From Tubulanus polymorphus (Eukaryota; Animalia; Nemertea): a stretch of 64,000 nt of DNA. The translations under genes and the position numbers were made by a program. The stretch lies in assembly GCF_964204645.1 (NCBI RefSeq), contig NC_134032.1, forward strand, positions 1,670,416-1,734,415, in the 5' to 3' direction. The notes under the pieces were generated by a model. It was not told the origin of the DNA, searched no databases, and saw nothing but the letters and a program-made list of their open reading frames with translations. Within the stretch, counting starts at the first letter, position 1. Each line of letters starts with the position of its first letter. Shown here one piece after another: positions 26,297 through 39,091 of this stretch.

Positions 26297-28234
26297 CAGA
26301 GGTGCTATTTTTGCATAGCTGCCATATTGATTTTTAATGATTTCAGAGTATAATATATAATTTTGTTAAAATGAGCTGTTGTGTTTACACGTCCAAACAC
26401 CCTTAGTCGTCAATCGACCTATAGGCGTTATCACTTTGAAATATTGTTCTTGCGGAGCAATTCACTAGGACTACATTCGTCGATTCGGTCAGGGAAGCCT
26501 TAATATAGGCTATCATTGCTTTAAATGATGTTTAACCTCATCAAATTACCGAATCTGTTGATCTACCTAACCCACGGCTGTAGAGCAGCCCCACCTAGTG
26601 GCGTGTCGTGAGGTAATTTGATGATGGCATTCATGGGGGAGTTATGGAGGCAGCCGTGTCGTCTACAAGTGTCTAGTTTGGTAATAGCATCAGATGGAGG
26701 CAATTTTCTTTAGGGGCATCCATCTTTTACGGAGGGGTCCGTAGGCGGCAATTCGGTGATATCATGGGTTTTTGGTGAAGGGTGTTTCTTGAAACAGGAA
26801 CCCGTTTTATAGACCAGTTTTAACTTGATTCCGGAAGGGACGGGGCTTATGTTCAATTTATTTTATCGTTCTTGTCCATGTAAGGATCGTTAATGCAGCT
26901 GTCAATCTGCTATCTGTGGTCACGCCTCCTCAGAAGATCAACTTTTGAATGACGACGTCGGGACGAACACATCTACTTCAAATGGTGAATGTCTGTTTCA
27001 AATGGATAGTTCCGACACGACACCCTAAAATTCATTTTCAATAAAAAATGTCTGGGATACGCCACAGGGGGAAGCGACGCCTGGACGAATACGTTTTTGG
27101 AAAGGGGTGAATGTCTGTCGAACGCCCGAGGGTTTAGTACAGACAACAGGTTGATAGCTGCTTGATACAGTACTGAATTACAGTACTTCTCAATTGCTCG
27201 AAACCTCGAAGAATCAAACAAAAAAAAGTTTATTGTTGAAATTAAAAAACATATTCTCATTTTCGTTAATTTCTCTTGTTATTGAAAATGTCCGTGTTTA
27301 AAGAAGTTTTTATTGAAAATAAAAAGAAAAATTGATTTACACAATTTTATTTTAGAAAATAAGCGATTTTCCGAACGAGTTGTTGAATTATTTGAGAAGT
27401 CGGTTGTTGTTGTAGAGAAGCTCAGGTCCATGCGTCAACATCGAGGGACAAATGAACGAGTTTTGACTCTTAAGCAGGCCCGTGCCGAGTGGGGGCTCGG
27501 GGGTAGCGAACGAACCCCCTAACATTTTGAAAGCGTCCTTCAAAGTCGGTGTCAAAAAGTTTGGGAAGCAATGAAAAAATGAAAAGCAATCCATTCTGAA
27601 ATGATTTATTTATTCCGGTACCCAGGCATTTCATCATATTTTAGATGTGTACTTTTTCAATAGGAAAGTGCCCCTTTCCTAGGTAAAAAGTGCCCTTTTT
27701 ACTGTAACAAGTTCTATACTCTCCCATCCACCTGATTGGTTTTCTGCCATTCAGGGTGAAGCAGGCGGTAATTTTGGCTAATATAGATGACCCCGTAATG
27801 GTTTCCTGTCTTCATATTTGAGGTGCAATCGTCTCCAGCTGCGGGGCATACGGGTCGGCAGATATCTGCAACAATCGTCGGAAGCCTTCCATATCTGTCT
27901 ACTGCGGTTCCCACTGCAAATCTTCTCGACTTTCGGGTTTCCTGTTGAAGTATTCGTCTGTTCTTGGAGTACTTGGAGTAATCATTTGTCAAATGATAAC
28001 TCCAAGGCCTGTTGTGAGATGTATGCCTATACGGCGGAATATTATACGTGCGTGTCAATTTCTATTTGACACAGTCCGTTTATTATAACGCTTTATCGTT
28101 CTATCGTACACGCGTCACGTGGGGGTGCACGTACGGGTGGTTTTCGTCAGTTAATAAATTCTATGTAACATAGCGGACCGTTTATAGTATGGATTTCCTG
28201 GGAAGAACCGAATTGTAGAATTCCACGACATTTT

Positions 28235-29750
28235 TGGTCCCTCGTGCCGGATCCAGGAACACGAAAAGACAGCAATGAATAAGCGACAGCGGAGCCGTAA
28301 TGCTCATAGAGGCCTTGCAAAGGTAAATTTTGATAGTATTCGAACATTTATCGCTGCCCAGGACTTTGCGTCCGCCAACGACAATTTAGAAGAGCTAGAA
28401 TCCCGCCTTGATCTCATTGCTCAGTTAAACTCAGGCATTGCCGACGGTCTAGACGACGATGAGTTTGTTAGATTTTTTGAGCCGTCGGAGACTGAACTTT
28501 CTGCGTGGCGTATAGGGCCCAAGTCCGATATAAGTCGAAATAGTGCAGCTGGCGCATGTTTATGGCGGTAATTCGGTCATCCTCTTTACGGAATGGTAGA
28601 CAGGCCGACATTACAGTTTTACAGTAAACATACTGGCACTATTTTCGACTTATAACGGACTTGGGTAGGCCCAAGTCCGATATAAGTCGAAATAGTGCAG
28701 AAGTCAAGAAAATGAGGCGCCAAATTGAAGATGTTTCTCGTGAATTGCCTAAACCCAACCCACAGGCGCAAGCCAAAGTTCACCTGCCTAAAATAGTTTT
28801 GCCGAAATTTTCGGGGGTGATTTTGGAGTGGCAAGGATTTTGGGACTTATTCATCGAAAACGTTATCCAACGTATATAAGATCAATTACTTGAAGTGTCA
28901 GTTATCTGGGGAGGCGCTAGAGTGGGTTTCCGGCATTCCTTTGACGGACACGGGATACAAAGAGGCTGTTAGAAATTTTACAATCTCGCTATGGGAAGTG
29001 GCATGGGAAGTGATAAGTGCGTACACTAAAGCTATTCTTGATCTCACCTTGGAGTAATCATTTGACAAATGATTACTCCAAGATCTCCCGAAGCCGTCAT
29101 ATTCTCTAGGAAGCATGCGTCGTGAGTATCAGCTGCGTGAAATTATAATGGCAGACGTCGAATTGTGGCGTTCTCAAATGGTAAATCATTCTAATGATAG
29201 TTGTGCTGATTGTGGTATTATGCTGGACGACGGGTCACAGAGGACTTTCATTTAAGCAGTCACTTGTCAATGCTCTGGAGTTGGTGCCATTTCGGAAAGA
29301 GTCCATTAGACTTTATTGTTTTGGGTCTCAGTCGTCTGGTATTAGAATTTTGGATGTAGTTAAATTCAAACTGCGTTGTAAGGATGAATCTTTATTCGAT
29401 ATTGAGGCTTTAGTTGTTCGTGAAATCGCGGCACCTATCCAGACGAGCATTGACGTGGCTTCTTATGATTATTTACGCAACTTACGTCACGTTACAGACG
29501 ATCCGTTGAATGTTTCTCTTCTCGTAGGCTCAGACTACTATTATGATATAGTTTTAGATAGCATTGTTCGACGTGCATCAGGTAACGGTCCTGTAGCTGT
29601 AGACTCTAGGTTAGGTTATGTTTTATCTGGTCCGGTACTTGAGACTCGAGATAATCGCGATGTAACCATGCTCAGTGTGCTAGTTGGTCGTTCGGATACC
29701 AGCGTAATTACCTTCTTAATAAGAATTTTACGCCAGCAAGAAACATAAAT
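28235..29750 (+). mobile_element. Degenerate BEL/Pao LTR retrotransposon fragment (PBS, gag, protease)
   Basis: tRNA-Tyr-like PBS TGGTCCCTCGTGCCGGAT after an ...ACA LTR end (28230); DUF1759-type HLPKIVLPKFSG..EWQGFWDLF; frameshifted protease MLDDGSQRTF, LLVGSDYY, GPVAVDSRLGYVLSG; several stops; truncated before RT. Confidence 0.85.
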
Positions 29751-30028
29751 AATGCTCTTCGCACGATTGGTAGAACACTATATCCGTGTTGACGCGATGA
29801 GCAGAGAATCCCACAATGATAATAAAAAGTCCGAAAATGAAACTTCGAGACAGTAGTTTATTTCAACGTTTCGACTATATCCTAATAGTCATCTTCAGGA
29901 ATGATTCATCTTCATTCCTGAAGATGACTATTAGGATATAGTCGAAACGTTGAAATAAACTACTATCTCGAAGTTTCATTTTCGGACTTTTTATTATCAT
30001 TGTGGGATTCTCTCCTCAATGCTCTTCG
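29751..30028. mobile_element. Penelope-like inverted-repeat insert with a hammerhead core on each arm
   Basis: ~100-bp inverted arms spanning 29804-30012; same core as the 69-bp array; 11-bp TSD AATGCTCTTCG (29751-29761, 30018-30028). Confidence 0.75.
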
Positions 30029-30386
30029 AAAATTGTCAGAAGCCATTTTCGGACTTAAGGCTTTTCTCAGTCACGTGACTGAATCCAACTCTCGTGAAGT
30101 CACCGAGTGTGCGGGAATGGTGCGATTTTGATCGTGTGCGATCGTGCGATAATCGTTAAGGTGTGCGCCGGGCTTAACCGGCCGAGCAAACACGACTTTT
30201 CTGCATGTCTTCTAAAAAAACCATCTAACTCACCTGAAGCCGTTCAGAAAGAAGTCGAATGTCGACTAAACCTGGGTCGAAACTCGGACACGTAGTAGCA
30301 CTGACTGAGAACCACTCTTATTAAAGCCTATACTCTTGAGACTATTACATACTCACTCTTTCATATAGATATCACTCAATTCAAAT

Positions 30387-33300
30387 TCAAATAATGGATA
30401 TCAAGGTCTTGCTGAATATCGAAAAACCTTCCCCATACCGATACTTACCCACTTTAGTCAGAACATGGACGGTTCTAACGCTGTTACAAGATTCTGTATT
30501 GTTAGACGGGGTATAACCAGTAGTTTGAGCACATTTCGATATCAGGCCTTCCGCCCACACGGCGTAACCGTTCCAATCCTTCGTTAGAGCCGTTTCCTGG
30601 CACTCTAACGGGCTCAGTGTAATTACATTCACCAGTTTCTTGGTGATGAAGTCGGCGCATTCTAGTCCGCTGCTGTAAACAAAACCACCCGGAGTACCTA
30701 AAAAACTCAGAAAATGTAAACGCCATCGATAACAATGATATAAAGGAAGCAAATGCTCAGAAACCAATAATATCCAAAACGTCTGAATGCGAATTTCCAG
30801 AATATTGACCACTAGTTGATTAGAGATTAAGAATTTATTGTAGCGAACGGAATGGGCTTAGGAGGGTGAATGACAAGATAGGAGGGGTGAATACGTATGA
30901 TGAGTGAAGTAGAACCCAACCGCTTAGCATTTTGCTATTTTTGAGCTAACTGCCTTTGGACTGCTGACCTATAGGAGGGGGGGGGGGTGAAATGAACTCT
31001 GCTGGGGGAATGAAATGAGGGAGTTTATATAAAAAAATATACAATTATACCGACCCCCTGTTTCGCTCCCGGCAGGTTTGGTGGGTTTGTAAGGGACGCT
31101 CAATCAAAAAAAGTCAAACGAAGTTTACCAACCGAATAAACAACAGGGTCAATCCCTATTTTAAGATCAAAAACCTATAGCTGTAATTGAAGGCGATCGT
31201 TAAAGTGATCGTCATAGTTTCGCCGAATCATACCTATTTTAGTATACAAAATAGAACCTTTGACAACCGATGCCGTGGCGCAACCGGAACTTTTCAGATA
31301 GCAATGGCCACTGTAGAAGCTGAATTGTACGCATTTGGCCTCCTCGTTACACTTATCGACGCAAGGTGTCGCTTCTCTTGCGCTAACAGACACGTATCTA
31401 GTCGCACAAGTCGCGTCCATTCGCAATAAGTAGCCATTTTCTGCAACTGATTTTCGGAAAAAACAAACATTAGATTTATGAATGAGTAATATCATAAAAA
31501 AAAGTTAATTATCAGCTGAGTTCATCGATATTTCTACTTTGTTTTTTTTATCTTAATCCAATCCAGGGATATGAACGAAATAGGAAAATCAAACAGGGAA
31601 AAATAGGGACAAAAAATTCAACGATTCGGACCCGGCGGGTACCCGAAAAATAGCGCCTAGAAAATGTGAAAAGACTTATCGTATATAAGAGCTCTAGTAT
31701 TTTCTAGTAATCCAAAAAGCTTTGATTTCTATCGCAAACAACACGAAACTATTAAGCGAATAGTTTGGTAGGTTCTAAATCTGCCGTTTTTTATAGAACC
31801 ACACGGCGCGGTCGGTGCTTCTTCGTGAATGCGGTTTCGATGAATATTACCAACATCGCTATCGACGTCGGATATCGCATCTCAATAAAAATTCAAAAGC
31901 ACTCGAACGAACGACATTTAGGGCCTCAATTTATTGAAAAATATCGGCAAGCTTAATCTCTTCTTTACGTGACACGCCGGGCCAGCGGCTTAATTTGTTA
32001 TTGAAATATCTTCTTAGCGCACGAATAATCTGAATAACAATTCGGGCTATCTATCGGAGACTGCGGTATTTGATAAACACGTGTAACATTAATGCATCGT
32101 GTAAATGCACCGTTAATGCATCGAGAATGGATCTACGTTAATATTTAGAGAAAATGTGCCCGGGGTATATGAAAGTTGACCACGCGGGTTCGTGCGAAAC
32201 TCAGGAGGTGAAAATGCCCTTTTTCAAATTTTCGATATCCAAAAATTTCCTCTGGCAATTCCGTGTCCGGTATGTGGTCCGGCAGGTCCGTATATCATAA
32301 AATGTTCATCTTTATTGTATCTTTACTGGAACTACATCTCAATGCGGGACATTTTCTAGAAAGCACTTTTGCATCAGGACTTCATTTATTGCTTGAGAAT
32401 TGCAACTAGAAACTGTAAAATATTCTCAAAATGTTCTCGTGGAGGACCACAGATCCTCGCGGGTTGGGTGTATGGAACGGTTAGACATCAGATAGAAAGA
32501 TATGAGATAATTGATTACTATTGTAGTTTTACGTGAATTTAGTTAATTATTCCTGATGGTACTTTTTTCCTACCATTAAAATAAGCATTTTCTATGTAAC
32601 GAAATATGTTGCAAAATTTTGTGGCATTTTCCGTTGATATTCATTTTGATTGTAATGTTTTTTATGTTAATCATTTCCCTCAGTGCGCGAACGGATGCTT
32701 ATTTGTTAGGTACTATGTTGCTATTCCCCAATTTGTATAAGTGAGTCCTCGTGCTATCGGGAAATGGGGGGAAGGGGGGATTGTAATCAGTGACGGGCGC
32801 GGTTTGTGTAACTAATGCAAATAATCAGAATCAATATTGAAATTGGACCCCGGGTTGACACGGGAGCCCTTCTTGATTAACCGAGACATTTGCCTTTTCA
32901 ATTAATATCTAAATATTCGGATGACAAAATATCAATTTTTCGCACGGTGAACAGGCGCTTTATAAAACATTTAATTAACAAAACCATTTCCAGGTTCGGC
33001 GTATGTTCAAGAGTCATGTTCGAATTCAAGTATACGCAGTCGGCGTTCGGGCAACAAGTGCCGCAATTAGAACCCTGGATTGAACAGGAAAACTAGAATA
33101 TGAAAGATTGATTGCTACTACATAAACCAAAAATAGGGAGACTTGGGGACAGAAACATGCAGGGCCCCGCCGTACCTGTGAAACCTAAAAATGGCAGTTC
33201 TATTGGATAAAACAGTAATATTTGCCCAAAAAGGGGACTTTTCCGATGCGCAACTGCCCATGCCTCCGCTATGTACGGCTCTGACGCGTTTACGGAAAAC

Positions 33301-34172
33301 GTGGTTTCGGAAAAAAAACGTTTTCGAGATCCTTCAAATTAGGTATAAACCCTGGCTAGTCTTGCCGAGTTAAAAAAAAAAGCGAGCTATAATTCTATTC
33401 TTTTCAGGGCCGTCGGAACGGGGGCGACAGGGGCGGCCACAGCCGTCCCACTACTGTCCTTTTGTGCTGAACTAGAAATGTTTGTTTTCGTGTTCCTTCC
33501 TCTCGTAATGAATATCATGATTTTCATAGTCGGATTCACTCGGAATCAATCTCGGAGCTCGGGAAAATCGAACAGAATTTGGGGGAGGACCCTTTTGAAA
33601 TACAGCTGCGCCGCAATCAAATACTTAATCAGCTCATCGATATAAACAATATCCGCCCCACTGAAATTTTCCTTCCGACGGCTCTGTTGTAGGTAAGAAT
33701 CTCTCCTCATTCAAATTAGGTTAAAACCCACACTAGTCTTTCCGAGTTTAAAAAAAAAGCGAGCAATAATTCTATTCATTTATTAATTTTTTAGTCTAAT
33801 TAGTCTTTCTACTAAATTCATTAGTGTCAAATTCTTGATGTTATACCCGGCAACCTTACAGTGAAATGTGAACATATACCGATATGTATAAATGTACCTT
33901 ATAATCGTCTATATTTGAACGCCATTTAGATTTTTGGCTTTAGTTGACTTTTAATCTCTAACCGCGACTAGTTCTGTTCATCTGTTCACGCGCGCGTGTT
34001 TGCGACCAGAATTCGAAAATGATTCGTACAATCTAAGTTTGAATTGAACTTAAAAAACAAGTTATTTAGGCTAAAAAAATTCGGATCAAAACTTACGCGT
34101 TTTTGAGTGACCGACAAGTACTGTCCACAAGACTGTTACATATAGCCAGTATAGATAGCCGGACGCAGCCAT
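30387..34172 (-). CDS. Secreted PAN/apple-domain protein, 199 aa. Exons 34172-34097, 31446-31234, 30697-30387
   Basis: Signal peptide MAASGYLYWLYVTVLWTVLVGHSKT; PAN motif CVDKCNEEAKCVQFSFYSGHCYLKS; two phase-1 GT-AG introns give a 600-nt open CDS. Confidence 0.7.
33405..33686. mobile_element. hAT-like MITE
   Basis: CAGGGCCGTCGGAA...TTCCGACGGCTCTG termini; a ~70-bp direct duplication lies on both sides (33333-33400, 33710-33777). Confidence 0.55.
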
Positions 34173-34665
34173 GTAGCCGGTAGAGCCGAGTTCTGTGAGC
34201 TAACGGCAAATAGTTCGATTCAATCAAACGCACCGAGATCCGTTTCCGAAGTATCTAGCAAAAGTTCGGCTTTTGGGTGAATGAGATCCTTAGAAATTGA
34301 CCACCAATTTAACCTGCCCAAAGTCGTATTGTGAGCACATGTAATACCGGTCTGGGAGAACCACAAATTCCCAAAGAACTTGTGTTTGCTAAACTTAATT
34401 GCTCATATTGTTGTGAAATACCGATCTGATTAGAAAAGCAGCGCAATAATCTACAATCCACTATTATTCATTGCTCTGACAGTGGTTGACGTGGTTGCGA
34501 CGGAGGTTATTGGTCCACAACTACCCGTCATAATGTCTGTCCGTTGCGCGGGTATCTCGCGGTCTTAGTTTCCCCGTCTTCCGGTGGCACTGCTAATAGT
34601 TCCGCGTCCTGTCTCGTCTTGCGATGCGTCGAATCATCAGGGAAGTGTAATCAGACTTCCCTAGT

Positions 34666-34974
34666 CGAATATTCCCTAATCTCAGTAACGAGACGAGTAG
34701 TGCTGTATAGGTTAACTATTTATTTGACGCACGAGTCTACTTAGTAGCAGCTTCAGCAGGTGAATGAGTAAAGTCAATGGAAAAATACTGTTACTTTTTT
34801 TAAATACTGTTGTTTTTCTATTGACTTCACTCATTCACCTGATGAAACTTCTATTCATTATAGAAGCGAAAGCTCGTATGTTAAATAAATAGTTAACCTA
34901 TACAGCACTACTCGTCTCGTCACTTATTTTAAACCTGGTTAACACGGCTACTCTACGAATAATCCCTAATCTCA
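34666..34974 (+). mobile_element. Penelope-like inverted-repeat insert with a hammerhead core (34839-34875)
   Basis: Inverted arms ~34685-34790 and 34810-34925; CTGATGA..CTTCTAT/ATAGAAG..GAAA-GCTC; 19-bp TSD CGAATA(T/A)TCCCTAATCTCA. Confidence 0.7.
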
Positions 34975-35448
34975 ATAAAGCTCTTAACCTAGGTTCGATC
35001 TAAAAGCGATGTTCGCTGCTCGACGGATCGATTCGGTTTTCATAATCTGTTATCGTCAGCGTTTGTCGTCGTTTTTATTCGCGACATTATCCACGCATTT
35101 TACAACTCATAATTACGGCGTTGTCACGTCGTCGAAACCCACTGAAGTTCGCACGCATTGACGTCGAAATGAACGCGATGCTCGCGTAGGTTACTACGAG
35201 CGAACGACGGATTAATTACATTTTTCTCGCATCGATTCCGTCAACGCGAAGCCCTCCGCGGCGTCTCGCGACTCAAGCGTGTAATTCAAAACAGTCCATC
35301 AGCGAATTATGTTTAAATTGTATAAGCTTAATATTTGATCTCCCCTAGTTTCTACCAGTTTACACCGTGTAAACACATGTAACTCTAATCCGTATTGATT
35401 GCAGTCGTCCGAACTTTGGAATTTGTCGTCAGGAACGAATTGTCAGTT

Positions 35449-35495
35449 GACACCTGACGATGATCTCTACTAGGGTGAGATCGAAACGTCGTGTC
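35449..35495 (+). ncRNA. Minimal type I hammerhead ribozyme motif (Penelope-like)
   Basis: GACAC-CTGACGA-t-GATCTC..GAGATC-GAAA-CGTC-GTGTC: perfect stem I and II, intact core, GUC cleavage triplet. Confidence 0.7.
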
Positions 35496-35994
35496 TTATA
35501 TATATTTTAGATTGAATAAATAAATTCTTGTTTTTAAATTCTTTTAATCTGTAGATAGTTGATCTTTATGTTTAAACTTACGAGGAAATTCTATTTTTTA
35601 ACGTTTATTAAGTAAGGTATTTATTAATCCTCAGGTTGTTTTAGGGTCATAGCGCATATTTTCAAACTGTTGCACATCATAGTAAACCTTTTTAGCTACC
35701 TTACCTAGTAGGTGGTTTTTATAGTTATGGAAAGTCATTTTGGAATCCTACGCCCTTCTCTTCTATTTATAAAGTTTCTTTTAGCGTTCTTTTTTTAAAA
35801 TTGATAACAGACACAGCTAGGTGAGCGTCACGTCTCACGCGCCGATGAGGGTCAGAGAAATCTTTGATAAAATCTTTTAACTGATTTTCGTAGTCATATT
35901 CATATTGAATCTAAGCGCAATGACTTGAATACTTTCTTTCTTAATGTACGAGTTAAATCAATTTTCTAAAATGCGGGAAGATACGTTCAGTTCC

Positions 35995-36220
35995 AGAGCA
36001 CTCTCAGTCAGCAGACAGATAGACCGAGCACTCTCACTCTCGAACAGTCGATGTACCCTCAGACAGTAGACTCTCAGTCAGTCAGACAGTACACTCTCAG
36101 ACAGATAGTACACTCTCAGATAGACAGTAGACTCTGAGTCGGTCAGACGTAGACTCTCAGTGGGACAGTCAGCACACTCTAGGACAGTCAGTACACTTTC
36201 AAACAGTCAGCGCGCTCTCA
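35995..36220. repeat. Degenerate ACTCTCAGACAGTCAGTAC tandem repeat upstream of a GPCR; shorter homologue at 53775-53840
   Basis: Repeated ~16-20-bp units just 5' of the ATG in both paralogues. Confidence 0.7.
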
Positions 36221-36237
36221 TTCAAACCTCATGAATC

Positions 36238-37188
36238 ATGAATTCTACTCAGGTGATGATTGGTCGAGCTTATATCAGTCACATGGTTCTCATGTCGGTG
36301 GTGAACAAGTCTGGAGTCTACCTTACTGTGACACTGGTCGTACTGCCTGTCGTGTTCATGTTTGGAACGCTTGGAAATTCGGCTACTTTCCTGATAATGA
36401 TAAGTCGCAGATTCCGCGGTTTATCTTACGCTAACTATCTGATCGTTTTGTCTATCAGTGATTTCATGATTTGCATCACTTATACACTGATGCCTGTTTT
36501 ACAGTTTGTTCTCTTTCACGTTAAAGGTGGTCCGATATTCGTGATGAATTCACTGATCGGTTGTCAAATATATGAATTTGTAATGGCGCTTGTATTCTGC
36601 AATAGTGCGTGGTTTATAGTAGCGATATCTCTAGAACGCGCGGCAGTTGTTCTCTTCCCGTTCACATCTCGTTTGATATGTACACCGAGATTCGCTAGAT
36701 TTGTTATATTGTTAATGACTGTAGTGAATGCGCTGGTTCTGTATCTCGGTCCTGTTTTGCGGATGCATTTTACCGATAGATATTTTGAATGTTACCACGA
36801 CCTTTCTGACCAATTAACACATTTTGCCATGACTGCCGTCCATTTCAATATTCTCCCGTTTGCTCTCATCATTGCATCAAATTCTGTTATAATAATTCAG
36901 TTATTCAGGGGTTCGAAAATGGTTTCGTCCGATCAGAAAACTAAAAAAGCGAAACGTACGACAATAATGCTCGTAACAGTTTCACTAGCATTTGCAATAT
37001 TCATATTTCCAACCACTATAACCACGTATCTACCAATCTCACTGGCGCTGAAAGATTTTGTCTACGACATTTTCTTTCAGTTTCAAATGTTTAACTATGT
37101 CGTGAATTTCTACATATATCTTCTGTTGGGACGAGAAGTTCGTGAATATTTCTGTGCGAAAATCCGCTGTAGAAATTCAGTGAAATGA
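36238..37188 (+). CDS. Intronless class A (rhodopsin-like) peptide-receptor-type GPCR
   Basis: 316 aa, 7 TM; GN (TM1), LSISD (TM2), SLERA (TM3), P in TM5/TM6, NFYIY (TM7). Confidence 0.9.
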   Translation: MNSTQVMIGRAYISHMVLMSVVNKSGVYLTVTLVVLPVVFMFGTLGNSATFLIMISRRFRGLSYANYLIVLSISDFMICITYTLMPVLQFVLFHVKGGPIFVMNSLIGCQIYEFVMALVFCNSAWFIVAISLERAAVVLFPFTSRLICTPRFARFVILLMTVVNALVLYLGPVLRMHFTDRYFECYHDLSDQLTHFAMTAVHFNILPFALIIASNSVIIIQLFRGSKMVSSDQKTKKAKRTTIMLVTVSLAFAIFIFPTTITTYLPISLALKDFVYDIFFQFQMFNYVVNFYIYLLLGREVREYFCAKIRCRNSVK

Positions 37189-38674
37189 CCACCGATTCAA
37201 CCGCCGACCCGAAATAAAAAACGGGCTCGTGAAAAATTGATAGTTAATGTTTCCTACATTTATTTCCCTACATTATCAAGACCCAATGTGAAAAAAGTTT
37301 CTCGGACCTACTAATTTTTATTTCTTTTTTCCTGAATATGGAATCCGTCCATCTGTAGTTTACATACTTCCACGATTTGCACTGTAAGATCTAGATTTGA
37401 ATTCCGTTGAAAAAGTGCAATTTAGGCTAAAAAAAAATTGATACCTTGTTTCTCCGCTCTGCTGAGCTTAAATGTTGACCCGGCCGGCCGCCTATCTAAC
37501 AAATACATTACTTTTTTTAAAATCGTGATCAATTTTACCATAACAGACCCGGCCGCTATAGAAATGAACTGTTTATAAATTTTATTTTTTGTTTAGCCTT
37601 AGGTTCTGATGATAGATTCCGTACATACCCTAACCAGATACGTAAAGATGTCGTTTGAACAAATATGCCTCCCGTAGAAAAATAACGATATCGATTTTAG
37701 TAACTACGAGCCATCATTATTCGGAGCTCTCGCTACTAAACATTCAGCAAACATTTTTCTAACAAAAAAAAAAATTACGCGAGAAAATAAGAAACTTGTA
37801 CTCATTCTTTTACCAAAGGTGTGACTGTGATTTTATGCGGTACATATTTATTCTAAAATATTTATGATGAAAAATCAAATCGATAGATCATCGTAACGAA
37901 CGTATGTGTTCAGTCCGCTGGCGAAATTCGATATTTCAAAATTGTGTAATTGAGAACGCTCCCGATTGCTGTATGTTAACAAAATTTAATTGGCAACCAG
38001 ATACGTAAGTTGCAGTTTTCACCTTGGATAGACCTGCGATGGCGCTATCTAATGAGGCCTTGTAAATAAATATCCCCGATTTAACGTTATTATCGAAAGC
38101 AGCTTCAAATTACATTACGCACCCCTTGTATCATAAATAGCGTTAAAGATAGTAGTCGAAAAAAACACTCCAATCCGTGTATGCTGTAGACATTTTAAGA
38201 TATTCGTGGCTGCAAAATAATAATCATATAAAATTCGAATTGTGGAATTTCTGTAATTAACGTTAAGATATTCGGGTCTTTTCCAAGATTTCGATATGAA
38301 ATTTTTTACAACAGTAAACCACCGAGTACACCGAGTTGTTTTGGGGTATAAGCATCAAATCTATACAGGGTTTACTGCTGATGTACTGCTGATACAACGG
38401 GCCTTTTCTACGATTTTGATATGAAATTCGACCATGCATGCGATATGTCTTTATCAATATCTACGCGCGGTATTAACTAAATCTAACTCATACAGAATCT
38501 TCAGGGCCATATACAGCCAGAAGACCCTGATATTTCAACCAATCAATGATGAATCAATTAAGTACACCTTAGGGTATCAATTACAATTGGAAACAGCATC
38601 TTCAGGGCCACAGGTAGCCAGACAATCTGGATCTTTTATTGGAAATCAGTTCAGTAAAAATTCCGAAAAATTGA

Positions 38675-38963
38675 GAGGGCGCCACGAGGTGGTCATAGAA
38701 CCAGCGGGTTACGAGTTCACAGCGAAGTGAACGTCACGAGGCTGCTAGAGATGGCGCCACGAGCTGGTCATAGATCCTGCGGGCTACGAGTTCACAGCGA
38801 AGTGAGCGTCACGAGCGCTGCTAGAGAGGGCGCTACGAGCTGGTCATATATCCAGCGGGCTACGAGTTCACAGCGAAGTGAGCGTCACGAGGCTGCTAGA
38901 GAGGGCGCCACGAGCTGGTCATATATCCAGCGGGCTACGAGTTCACAGCGAAGTTAGCGTCAC
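38675..38963. repeat. 75-76-bp minisatellite, left part (continues at 53291-53370 after a 14.3-kb insertion)
   Basis: GAGTTCACAGCG at 38713, 38788, 38864, 38939; the unit resumes in register at 53295. Confidence 0.9.
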
Positions 38964-39044
38964 TGTTGCGTGCCGAATAGGAATCGTGCCATCTGAGAAT
39001 ATATGCGCACTACTCTAAATTTAAAATTGCTTTGGCGAAACGAT

Positions 39045-39091
39045 GATTTTAGCGGGCTACCGGCGCTTCGCGCCGGTAGCCCGCTAAAATC
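39045..39091. other. Perfect 22-bp-stem hairpin with a TTC/GAA loop
   Basis: GATTTTAGCGGGCTACCGGCGC-TTC-GCGCCGGTAGCCCGCTAAAATC. Confidence 0.9.
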
